The position numbers were made by a program, and so were the translations under genes. The notes under the pieces were generated by a model. That model was not told the origin of the DNA, ran no database searches, and saw only the letters and a list, made by a program, of their open reading frames with translations. Shown here one piece after another: positions 8,973-17,287 of a DNA stretch of 62,164 nt. Numbering within the stretch: position 1 is the stretch's first letter; each line of letters opens with the position of its first letter. This DNA is from Minisyncoccota bacterium. Lineage in GTDB: Bacteria > Patescibacteriota > Minisyncoccia > 2-02-FULL-40-12 > IGHO2-01-FULL-4-A. The stretch is from the NCBI GenBank assembly GCA_036517175.1, contig DATDXQ010000002.1, positions 1-62,164 on the forward strand. The letters are read 5' to 3'.

Positions 8973-9171
8973 GTTTAGTAGGGAGGTTCGCTTCACCTTA
9001 AAAACACGACATAAGACGAGCATGGCTCGGCGATTTTTATCGGTCGCTAATGACGGGTGAAGACCGGAGCGAGTCTAGACGAGCGGATTGTTCGGCGGAG
9101 GCAAACCTTTTCCCGAGTGCTCGCCAGGGAAAAGTGTTTGCGCAGCCGGCTGCTAGAGTTTGCTGGATTTT

Positions 9172-9714
9172 TTATAAAGATTCCCTAATCCTACTCAGAT
9201 CCTCCCGAAACTGCGGTTCCCAGTTGGGATTTCGGAGGATGGCGGCCGGGTGATAGGTTACGAGGATTCTGTGCCCATCTTTTTCTATTAGCCGGCCACG
9301 ATTAGCACCCATACTTCCTTCCATCCCCAAGCCAGACATTGCCACCCTTCCAAGAACCACAATTAATCTTGGCTCAATCACTGAAATTTCTTTTTCGAGG
9401 GCAGGTCTAAATTTTTCTATTTCTTCGGGTGTCGGAGTGCGATTCCCGCCGAATTCATCAGTCGGTCTGTATTTTACAACATTGGTCACATAAAAATCAG
9501 AACGCTTCCAACCGATAGTCTCCAATGTTTTATTTAAGAGTCTGCCGCCACGGCCAATAAACGGCGTGCCTTTTACTTCTTCATCTTTACCGGGCGCTTC
9601 ACCGATTATCATGACCTGATTGTCAGAAGCGCCGTCATTAAAAACAAGTCTCCGCTTAGGGTAGGCTTTTTTTATTGCATTAAAGATTAGCTCCAGCTTT
9701 TGATCTTTTGTCAT
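9172..9714 (-). CDS. Uracil-DNA glycosylase, family 4
   Basis: The GEAPGKDEE and HPAAILR motifs. The start was moved to MTKDQ because the upstream part of the listed ORF runs into tRNA-Ile. Confidence 0.8.
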   Translation of the reverse strand: MTKDQKLELIFNAIKKAYPKRRLVFNDGASDNQVMIIGEAPGKDEEVKGTPFIGRGGRLLNKTLETIGWKRSDFYVTNVVKYRPTDEFGGNRTPTPEEIEKFRPALEKEISVIEPRLIVVLGRVAMSGLGMEGSMGANRGRLIEKDGHRILVTYHPAAILRNPNWEPQFREDLSRIRESL

Positions 9715-9758
9715 TTTTTTGATATTATAGCCCCATTGAAAAATAGAATAATATTGAC

Positions 9759-9830
9759 GGGCGCATAGTTCAGTGGTAGAACGCTGTCCTGATAAGACAG
9801 AGGTGCCAGGTCCGATTCCTGGTGCGCCCA
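9759..9830 (+). tRNA. tRNA-Ile (anticodon GAT)
   Basis: Cloverleaf read by hand: acceptor GGGCGCA/TGCGCCC, anticodon arm CTGTC-CTGATAA-GACAG, T-arm CCAGG-TCCGATT-CCTGG. No encoded CCA. Confidence 0.9.
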
Positions 9831-9980
9831 CAAATATAAGACAATTGATTGTCTTATATCAGGAATCGGGCGGCGGAGCTTATGATTTTTTGCATTTGGC
9901 AAAAAATCTTGCGAGCCGGTGGCTAGACAAAATTTTAGGAATAAAATTTTAGTCGAAGCCGATTCCTGGTGCGCCCACAA
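9831..9980 (+). other. Structured 'module D' plus a second copy of the tRNA-Ile 3' end
   Basis: Three hairpins (9836-9857, 9884-9908, and 9927-9953 with a GGAA loop) and the conserved GGAGC and GCGAGCCGGTGGCTAG blocks. The 22-nt direct repeat CCGATTCCTGGTGCGCCCACAA occurs at 9812-9833 and 9959-9980. The module is homologous to 51129-51286. Confidence 0.45.
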
Positions 9981-9984
9981 CTTC

Positions 9985-10018
9985 GGGCCGTTAGCTCAGC
10001 GGTAGAGCACCTCATTTG
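9985..10018 (+). pseudogene. Outer tRNA-Ala fragment, nt 1-35
   Basis: GGGCCGTTAGCTCAGCGGTAGAGCACCTCATTTG is near-identical to nt 1-35 of the intact tRNA-Ala. It breaks inside the anticodon. Confidence 0.55.
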
Positions 10019-10178
10019 TTCCGATTTACATCCAATAATAAAATTGAGTAATCGAGAATCCTCGATGGCTACTGGCGGGCCGTTAGCTCAGCTGGTAGAG
10101 CGCCTCATTTGCAATGAGGAGGTCACCGGTTCGAGTCCGGTACGGTCCACACTTGCGGCCCGCCAGTAGCCATCGGGA
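10019..10178 (+). other. 160-nt cassette inserted at anticodon position 35/36 of the outer tRNA-Ala and carrying an intact tRNA-Ala
   Basis: Starts TTCCGATTT and ends TCGGGA. A 19-bp perfect inverted repeat (10063-10081 / 10157-10175) brackets the inner tRNA. The arms are homologous to the cassette at 58624-58771. Confidence 0.5.
10077..10149 (+). tRNA. tRNA-Ala (anticodon TGC)
   Basis: Acceptor GGGCCGT/ACGGTCC with the G3:U70 identity pair. Anticodon arm CCTCA-TTTGCAA-TGAGG and T-arm ACCGG-TTCGAGT-CCGGT. Confidence 0.9.
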
Positions 10179-10236
10179 CAATGAGCCTGCCTGCCACAAT
10201 GCAGGGAGGTCACCGGTTCGAATGCGGTTGGGTCCA
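10179..10236 (+). pseudogene. Outer tRNA-Ala fragment, nt 36 to the 3' end (degenerate)
   Basis: Resumes with CAATGAG. It contains an extra roughly 19-nt hairpin, then GAGGTCACCGGTTCGAATGCGGTTGGGTCCA. Confidence 0.45.
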
Positions 10237-10243
10237 CAAACAC

Positions 10244-10273
10244 TTGACAATAAAGAGTTTCATTTGCTATAAT
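10244..10273 (+). promoter_or_regulatory. Consensus sigma-70 promoter
   Basis: TTGACA, 18 nt, TATAAT, about 30 nt upstream of the ATG at 10304. Confidence 0.5.
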
Positions 10274-10303
10274 TATATATGCTTTTTTATATACGGAGAA
10301 ACT

Positions 10304-10699
10304 ATGCCTAGAGGAATAAGGAAGCGTAATAATTTAACACCCGAAGAGGCTCGCCTAGCTGCTCTGAGACAACAAGTTTTTTCCAGGGCTGTTATTTCTC
10401 TGTCTAGTGAGTTTGAAGCCCTAAAAAAAGCAAAGAATAAGCTTGAGAACGATATCTCTGAGGTAGCTAAGCGACTCAAATCACTTAGCGAATTGATTAC
10501 AAGAATCTCCGAAGGCAACAAGGAAGTACTCATTATTGCCCGAGAAGATCATCCGAGTCTTTTGCAGAACTTACTAGATGGCTGTGAGGAAGTTTCAGCC
10601 GAATTCGAAAGGACTAGCGAACACCTTGAGGCCCTGAATGATTTCCGGCCTGAGAAGCCAATAGTGCGCACGGCAACCAGAGAAGGTGTTTTAGCTTAG
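10304..10699 (+). CDS. Hypothetical coiled-coil protein
   Basis: GGAGA SD before the ATG at 10304. The upstream part of the listed ORF overlaps tRNA fragments. Confidence 0.5.
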   Translation: MPRGIRKRNNLTPEEARLAALRQQVFSRAVISLSSEFEALKKAKNKLENDISEVAKRLKSLSELITRISEGNKEVLIIAREDHPSLLQNLLDGCEEVSAEFERTSEHLEALNDFRPEKPIVRTATREGVLA

Positions 10700-10764
10700 T
10701 ATAGACCCCAAAAGGGTCTTTTTAATTTCTTGTAGATAGTTTTTAAATCTGTTAAATTTAGACC

Positions 10765-12756
10765 GTGGAAAATATTTTTAAAGATCTCAATGAAAAACAA
10801 GTCAACGCAGTGCGGGCCATTGAAGGCCCTGTTTTAATATTGGCCGGGGCAGGCAGCGGCAAGACGAGAGCACTGACTCATCGTATCGCTCATATGATAG
10901 ATCAGGGGATTGCACCTCAAAATATTTTAGCCATAACATTCACTAATAAGGCAGCTGGGGAAATCAAAGACCGAGTTGAAAAACTTCTTACTGCTTCAGG
11001 GCATGTCTTAAATGCCGGAACTTCTCCTTGGATGGGAACCTTCCATTCGATTTGTCTCCGCATATTACGCCATGAAATAGAAAAACTATCTCCTTACACC
11101 ACCAAATTTATAGTATACGATCAGGACGACCAGATATCACTTATAAAAAACGTAATGCAGGAACTGGAAATCAATCCCAAAAAATTCAGCCCTAAAAATA
11201 TACTTGGCAGGATTTCAGCTCTCAAGAGCGAGCTAGTCGGACATGAAGATTTCTCAGATCGCGCAAAAGAGTATTTCGAGAAAATTGTCGCGCCAGTTTA
11301 TACCGGATACCAAACAGCACTGCAAAAAAACAATGCTCTGGATTTTGATGATCTCATAATGTTATGTGTCGCATTACTGCAAAAATATCCAAAAACCCTT
11401 GAAAAATATCAAGATATTTTCCGCTATATTTTAGTTGATGAGTACCAAGACACAAACCATAGCCAATACGTCTGGGTTAACTTATTAGCAAAAAGACGTA
11501 GAAATCTTTTTGTAATCGGTGATGACTATCAATCTATATATTCTTTTCGCCTTGCTAACATACGCAATATTTTGGACTTTGAAAAAGACTATCCCGAAGC
11601 TAAGGTAATATTGCTTGAACAAAACTATCGTTCTACACAAAACATTCTCGCCGCTGCCAATCACATAATTCTTAAAAATAAGAATCAAAAACACAAAAAA
11701 CTTTGGACTGAAAATTCAACGGGCGAAGTAATAAAACTTAAGGAGACTGGCAACGAAAGAAGAGAGGGAGAATACATAATCGAAGCTGTCAAAAAAGATC
11801 TCGAAGGAGGCCACAAACTGAATGATTTTACTATATTATACCGGACACATGCTCAATCACGTGCGATTGAAGAATCTATGATTAAGCATGGCATGCCGTA
11901 CAGAATATTAGGTGGGGTTAAGTTTTACCAAAGACGTGAAATTAAAGACGTTCTCGCTTATCTACGACTGGCAGCAAACCCAAATGATAGTGTCAGCTGG
12001 GATAGAATTTATAACGTACCCGGTCGTGGAATCGGTCAGACCACTTGGCAAAAAACCAAGGAAGCTGCAACTAGTGGGCTTTCAGAAATAGTAAGCGCTT
12101 CCGATAAAATACCTGGCATAGGTCAGAAACAAATTGCCGCCTTGAAGTCTCTAGGTAAGCTTATCGAGGAATTAGTAGATAAATCCAGTAAATACCCGCC
12201 GTCACAACTGGTCAAGCTTGTACTACAAAAAACAAACTATGAATCATATATAAATGATAAGACAACCGATGGGGAAGAACGCTGGGAAAACGTAAAAGAA
12301 ATTTTGACTGCAGTAAAGAAATTTGATGCAACAGAAGAGCCCTCAACGGGAAACGGACTCCAAAGATTCCTAGAAGAAGTAGCTCTTCTACAAGAAACCG
12401 ACAAACTGGAACAGGGAGGCGACATGGTTAACCTCATGACCGTACACTCCGCCAAGGGGTTAGAATTTCCTGTTGTATTCTTGGTTGGAATGGAGGATGG
12501 CATATTCCCTCACTCTCGTTCAATATTTGATATGGGCGAACTGGAGGAAGAAAGACGACTTTGTTATGTTGCCATTACAAGGGCAAAAGAAAAGCTTTAC
12601 ATAACATACTGCCGAGAAAGAGCCTTATACGGTTCTACTCAATTTAATCCTCCGTCTAGATTCCTATTTGAAATACCGGAACAACTTATAAGTTTTTCTC
12701 CACTTAAACAAGCGCAAACAAACAAATATTTTGAAGACTTTATAAACTACGACTAA
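10765..12756 (+). CDS. pcrA: UvrD/PcrA-type ATP-dependent DNA helicase
   Basis: Walker A AGAGSGKTRAL, DEYQDT, and helicase motifs ..VHSAKGLEF.. and ..CYVAITRAK. Confidence 0.85.
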   Translation: MENIFKDLNEKQVNAVRAIEGPVLILAGAGSGKTRALTHRIAHMIDQGIAPQNILAITFTNKAAGEIKDRVEKLLTASGHVLNAGTSPWMGTFHSICLRILRHEIEKLSPYTTKFIVYDQDDQISLIKNVMQELEINPKKFSPKNILGRISALKSELVGHEDFSDRAKEYFEKIVAPVYTGYQTALQKNNALDFDDLIMLCVALLQKYPKTLEKYQDIFRYILVDEYQDTNHSQYVWVNLLAKRRRNLFVIGDDYQSIYSFRLANIRNILDFEKDYPEAKVILLEQNYRSTQNILAAANHIILKNKNQKHKKLWTENSTGEVIKLKETGNERREGEYIIEAVKKDLEGGHKLNDFTILYRTHAQSRAIEESMIKHGMPYRILGGVKFYQRREIKDVLAYLRLAANPNDSVSWDRIYNVPGRGIGQTTWQKTKEAATSGLSEIVSASDKIPGIGQKQIAALKSLGKLIEELVDKSSKYPPSQLVKLVLQKTNYESYINDKTTDGEERWENVKEILTAVKKFDATEEPSTGNGLQRFLEEVALLQETDKLEQGGDMVNLMTVHSAKGLEFPVVFLVGMEDGIFPHSRSIFDMGELEEERRLCYVAITRAKEKLYITYCRERALYGSTQFNPPSRFLFEIPEQLISFSPLKQAQTNKYFEDFINYD

Positions 12757-13589
12757 TGATCACTAGTGAAATCAAAAAAGAACTCTCAAGCCTTGGCATC
12801 AGTCCCAAAAAATCGCTTGGGCAAAATTTTCTCATAAGAGAGGCAATTTATGAAAAAATAATTTCTGCTGTGGAACCCGCCAGTGAAGATAACATAATTG
12901 AGATCGGCCCTGGCCTTGGCACGTTAACTCAATACTTGGCAAAATCAGGAGCAAAAATAATAGCCGTTGAAAAAGATAGGGATCTAATCGGACATCTTAC
13001 ATCAAAGCTTATAAAATCAAAAAATGTTACAATAATTGAGGGGGATATACTAAAATTTAAAGTTGAGGATTTAAATTTGGAACCTACTAAATACAAAGTT
13101 GTAGGCAACATTCCTTACTACATAACTTCTCACTTATTAAGACGGATTTTGGAAAAATGGCCTAAACCCAAATCGATAACACTATTAGTTCAAAAAGAGG
13201 TAGCTAAGAGGATTGTAGCCAAACCACCAAACATGAGCATGCTCGGAGTTTCTGTACAATACTACTCTTCTCCAAAAATAATAAGCTACGTTTCTAAAAG
13301 TAATTTTTTACCTCAACCCAAAGTCGATTCCGCAATTATAAAGTTAGAACCTAGAGTAAATAATCAGGAGTCTAGAATAAATTCAGAAAAATTTTTTAAA
13401 ACTGCGCGGGCCGGGTTTGCTGAAAAAAGAAAACAACTAATAAATAATTTGTCCGCGGGATTAAAATTATCCAAAAAATCAGTTGAAGAAAAACTAAACC
13501 TTATAGACATAGACCCCAAAAGAAGAGCGGAAACTCTTACTATCGAAGAATGGAGTATAATCACAAAAGCTTTGCTGTCGCAGGATTAA
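12756..13589 (+). CDS. rsmA: 16S rRNA (adenine1518/1519-N6)-dimethyltransferase
   Basis: KSLGQNFL, EIGPGLGTLT and NIPY motifs. Confidence 0.85.
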   Translation: MITSEIKKELSSLGISPKKSLGQNFLIREAIYEKIISAVEPASEDNIIEIGPGLGTLTQYLAKSGAKIIAVEKDRDLIGHLTSKLIKSKNVTIIEGDILKFKVEDLNLEPTKYKVVGNIPYYITSHLLRRILEKWPKPKSITLLVQKEVAKRIVAKPPNMSMLGVSVQYYSSPKIISYVSKSNFLPQPKVDSAIIKLEPRVNNQESRINSEKFFKTARAGFAEKRKQLINNLSAGLKLSKKSVEEKLNLIDIDPKRRAETLTIEEWSIITKALLSQD

Positions 13590-15190
13590 GCGGACTATCG
13601 CTGGCATTTGCCTATCCTGGCTGGGATTTTAGTTTGATCTCATCCAGTACAAACATATTCGGTTGGATTGTGTGGGTAGGTATCGTGCCCCTACTTTGGA
13701 GCTTAAGTAAAGCCACTTCAAAAAAAAATGCTTTTTTATTGGGTTTTCTTAGCGGTTTTTTTTATTTTCTAATAATTTTCCGCTGGTTCTGGTCCTTACA
13801 TCCTCTAGATACTCTGGGCATAGAAAATGCCTTTTTATCAATATTAATAATAACGTTAACTTGGTTGATTAGCTCTGCTGGTATGGCCCTATTTTGGGGT
13901 ATTTTTGGATTTGCTTACTCACTCACAAAAGAAAAAATACAGTATAGAAAATATAATATACTTTTAATCGCATGTTTATTCGTAATTTGTGAGTATATTC
14001 GTTCGTGGGGTTTCGGTTTGCTTTGGTGGGGAAGCGGGACACTTTGGGGACCTCATTGGACCATGGGTAACTTAGCATACGCTCTCGGCAACAATCCTCT
14101 GATTCTCAATATTTCTTCTTTCGTGGGAATATACGGGGTTACTTTTTTGATAATCGTGTTTAATTTGCTCGTATACAAAATATTTTTCAATCAGTCTCGT
14201 TTTAGCAAAATAAAGATCACAACGATAATTGTCCTGCTATCTGTAACACTTGCGCCCAAATATATTTACGGCGTTATTAATAATTCAGAAATAGATAAAG
14301 AAAAAATAAATTTTGCCATCATCCAAACGTCACAAGAAGCAAGGTTATTATTTACCCCTCAAGAAGTTGTAGCCAATTTCAAAGAACAACTTGAATTGCT
14401 GGATCAGATTGCCAAACAAAATCCTGAAACAAATCTAGTTATATTTCCGGAAGCCAGCGAGTTTTTCAAAAATATTTCTTTATTTTTAGACTCCTCTGAA
14501 ATACAAAATTATTTTTCAAATCTTTTCAACAAACCTGTCCTTATTATAGCCGGGGGCAGAGTAATTGATCCTGATGACGGAAAAGCTTATTCCAGAGTTT
14601 ATTCTTTAGATACTCACGAAGGCATAGTCAACTACTATGACAAGAGACTTCCGGTACCAGGCGGTGAGTTCTTGCCTTATCCAATAAGGTTATTGACCTC
14701 AATATTTTCACTTTCTGATACAACCGACTTTAAAAAAACACGTGAATTGTATCCTGGTAAAAAAGAGGTATCAACAGTAGATTTTCGCTACCAAATCAGT
14801 GTTTCACCAATCATTTGTTCTGAGTTAATATCACCAAACTTAACCGTTGAGTCCAGCGCTAACAGCGATCTTATATTTAGCATGGCAAGTTATGCACTAT
14901 TTCATGGAAATGAAACAATAGCGAATCAAATGTTATCAGTTACACTTTTCAGGGCCGCAGAAACTAAAAAACCCATAATAACTGCGGTAAATCTCGGCAA
15001 ATCACACGTCATCGATTCTAATGGAATCTTGGTTTTAAGGACACAAGATTCTTCTAGCCAGATATTAACAGGTCTCCTAAGTCCAAGTAGTCAAGAATCG
15101 TGGTATAATAAAGCAGGTAACACCCCCGCTATTTTGGGGAGTTTGTTGTTAGGAATTTTTATCTGGTTTTCAAAAAAACAAAAAAGATGA
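13550..15190 (+). CDS. lnt: Apolipoprotein N-acyltransferase-like (CN hydrolase)
   Basis: Polytopic N-terminus and a C-terminal CN-hydrolase triad context: FPEAS, YDKRLPVPGGEF, IICSE. Confidence 0.7.
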   Translation: MEYNHKSFAVAGLSGLSLAFAYPGWDFSLISSSTNIFGWIVWVGIVPLLWSLSKATSKKNAFLLGFLSGFFYFLIIFRWFWSLHPLDTLGIENAFLSILIITLTWLISSAGMALFWGIFGFAYSLTKEKIQYRKYNILLIACLFVICEYIRSWGFGLLWWGSGTLWGPHWTMGNLAYALGNNPLILNISSFVGIYGVTFLIIVFNLLVYKIFFNQSRFSKIKITTIIVLLSVTLAPKYIYGVINNSEIDKEKINFAIIQTSQEARLLFTPQEVVANFKEQLELLDQIAKQNPETNLVIFPEASEFFKNISLFLDSSEIQNYFSNLFNKPVLIIAGGRVIDPDDGKAYSRVYSLDTHEGIVNYYDKRLPVPGGEFLPYPIRLLTSIFSLSDTTDFKKTRELYPGKKEVSTVDFRYQISVSPIICSELISPNLTVESSANSDLIFSMASYALFHGNETIANQMLSVTLFRAAETKKPIITAVNLGKSHVIDSNGILVLRTQDSSSQILTGLLSPSSQESWYNKAGNTPAILGSLLLGIFIWFSKKQKR

Positions 15191-16167
15191 GTAGAAAATT
15201 AAAAATTGTTTTAGGCCTATTGCTGGTCTTAGCAGGCTTCCTCGTATTGAGGATTGGTTTATATTTCAAAAGTTCAACCAACTCAGCAGTTTCAGCTCTA
15301 GTAAAAGGAGTTTCTAATTCTATCGATTCGGATTATGACACAACCTTTATCGACAATGATCAGGATGGCATCTTAGACAAAGATGAGGCTTATTATCAAA
15401 CCGATCCTTTCAATCCTGATACTGATGGCGACGGATATTTTGATGGAGAAGAAATTGCATCAGGATATAACCCCACCAAAAAAGAAGAAAAAAAAGTTTC
15501 AGGAGAATCAAACCGTTACAATGTGACTGAAGGACTTACAAAAAGACTGATCGGAGGAATGAACGCTGGAGAAATTGATCCCTCAAAAGGATCCTCGCAA
15601 ATTTTTTCTCAAAATGTTGATTTGTTAACTTTAGCGGCACTGGATGAAGCAGTAGCCAAGATTGGGCAAAGCACTAAACAGACCTCTAACATACTGCTAA
15701 CCGACAACTCCAAAGAATCACAGGAAGAATACCTAAAAAATATATCTAAGATTTTAGAAGGTCCATTTCTAAGTGCATTCATAGAGCAACCTCAGGCAAT
15801 CAACCAAGCCTTAACTTCATCGATAACTGGAGATTTTGAACAGTCAGTTTCTATATTCAAAAATTACAACATAAGATTTACTGAAGCATACACCGGGCTT
15901 CTCACAATTCCTGCACCAGAAAACTTTGCTGAATTCCATAAAAAACTTTTAAATTTTTTTCAAAGAATCGCAACCGAGTATAATTACGCGACACAAATAG
16001 AAAAGGATCCGATTACCTCTTTGACAGCAATTGCTAATATGACCAGGTTTTTAGGCACAATAGATATCTCCATAATCCAAGATCTCAGAATGATAATAGA
16101 TTCTAATGACTTAGTTGTTCCTAATTCAAGTCTTTTCCGGGTTTTAGATTTACTAAATACAGAATAA
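15187..16167 (+). CDS. Secreted/anchored protein with thrombospondin type-3-like Ca-binding repeats
   Basis: N-terminal TM and DNDQDGILDKDE..DPFNPDTDGDGYFDGEE. Confidence 0.5.
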   Translation: MSRKLKIVLGLLLVLAGFLVLRIGLYFKSSTNSAVSALVKGVSNSIDSDYDTTFIDNDQDGILDKDEAYYQTDPFNPDTDGDGYFDGEEIASGYNPTKKEEKKVSGESNRYNVTEGLTKRLIGGMNAGEIDPSKGSSQIFSQNVDLLTLAALDEAVAKIGQSTKQTSNILLTDNSKESQEEYLKNISKILEGPFLSAFIEQPQAINQALTSSITGDFEQSVSIFKNYNIRFTEAYTGLLTIPAPENFAEFHKKLLNFFQRIATEYNYATQIEKDPITSLTAIANMTRFLGTIDISIIQDLRMIIDSNDLVVPNSSLFRVLDLLNTE

Positions 16168-16171
16168 TAAC

Positions 16172-17284
16172 ATGCTTATGTGGGAGGGGTATAAAAAATT
16201 AATTTCTATTCTGATACTGGTCTCCGTAGTCTTTATTCCTTTGCATTACAGCAAGGCTGCATCGGGGTGGCTTATAGTTCTCAAAGAATATGGCCTTGAT
16301 TTGGCTGCAAGATTAATATCAAGGCTTATACTAAACGTGACCAGTAATCTTCTTTCGCTGCAAATAAGTTCTTCCGGCAGGGACGGAGGACCAGCATTTG
16401 TCGTTGATTGGCGAGAATTTCTTCAACAAGCACAATACAGAGGCGAGAACGTAGCCAGGGCACTTATTGGGGACGCCATATTAGGACCTGATGCACAAGT
16501 GTGTCCTTACATGAGGGGTGCTCTAGCTAACATATTTAACATCAACAGTATTCCTCCTGGATTTAAAACATTAAACTACCGTTTAGATTCTCTTCAATAC
16601 TTCAATGTAAGTAATAAGTGCACTATAACTGACGGGGCAGTAGTGGGTTCCATTAGACAAGACTTCACTAAAGGTGGCTGGACGGCTTGGGAAAAATTAA
16701 TACAGCCTCAAAATAATTTTTATGGGGTCTTCGCAAATTCATACGGAGAAATAGTGAAACAGAGAGCTTTTGAACAAGGCATAGATACAAGTGAGGCTGA
16801 ATCTGGTAGCGGCTATACATCAAAACGGGCCGGTTGCGTAGGGGTTGGAGACAACAGACAGTGCACACTACTGGGCAAGGTTGTAACACCAGCTGATATT
16901 TTTGGCAAAACTGGTGCTGCTACAATTGATAGAGAGTTAGATTGGGTAGTAGGCTCTGATGAAATACAAGAAGTCATTATTTCGGTGGCGGATTCTTTAG
17001 TCAACAAGCTTGAAAATTTTGCCTTTGGATTACTACCTGGCGGTACAACAATTAATGATCTCCCGAATGTTAACCAGGAGCTGCCTGCGATAGATGGCGC
17101 CCAGAGAGATTGTTCTAGGTTATGCGTAATAGAGGAGTGCCCTACATTCCAACCAGTGTGCGTTGATACGAACGGCAACGGTGTGTTAGATGACAGAGAA
17201 ACAGACAGCAACTGCGCTGATTCGTCTGAACAAACAGTAAGGCAAAGGTGTGTTGATAATTGTAATGCCAAATCGTGCAACTAA
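16172..17284 (+). CDS. Secreted Cys-containing hypothetical protein
   Basis: N-terminal signal/TM and a Cys-rich C-terminus. It is translationally packed within the cluster. Confidence 0.45.
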   Translation: MLMWEGYKKLISILILVSVVFIPLHYSKAASGWLIVLKEYGLDLAARLISRLILNVTSNLLSLQISSSGRDGGPAFVVDWREFLQQAQYRGENVARALIGDAILGPDAQVCPYMRGALANIFNINSIPPGFKTLNYRLDSLQYFNVSNKCTITDGAVVGSIRQDFTKGGWTAWEKLIQPQNNFYGVFANSYGEIVKQRAFEQGIDTSEAESGSGYTSKRAGCVGVGDNRQCTLLGKVVTPADIFGKTGAATIDRELDWVVGSDEIQEVIISVADSLVNKLENFAFGLLPGGTTINDLPNVNQELPAIDGAQRDCSRLCVIEECPTFQPVCVDTNGNGVLDDRETDSNCADSSEQTVRQRCVDNCNAKSCN

Positions 17285-17287
17285 AGA

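Noticed and set aside
8378-9253. Plus-strand ORFs 8378-8608, 8734-9060 and 9050-9253
   Set aside because: The first lies inside the AT-rich MITE-like unit. The others are antisense to, or upstream of, the well-signalled 8611-8916 gene in GC-rich DNA, where long spurious frames are expected. None has an SD.
9711-10303. ORFs 9711-9980(-), 9969-10169(+) and the first 41 codons of 10181-10699
   Set aside because: They are read through tRNA-Ile, tRNA-Ala and their fragments. A consensus promoter and SD place the real start of the downstream gene at 10304.
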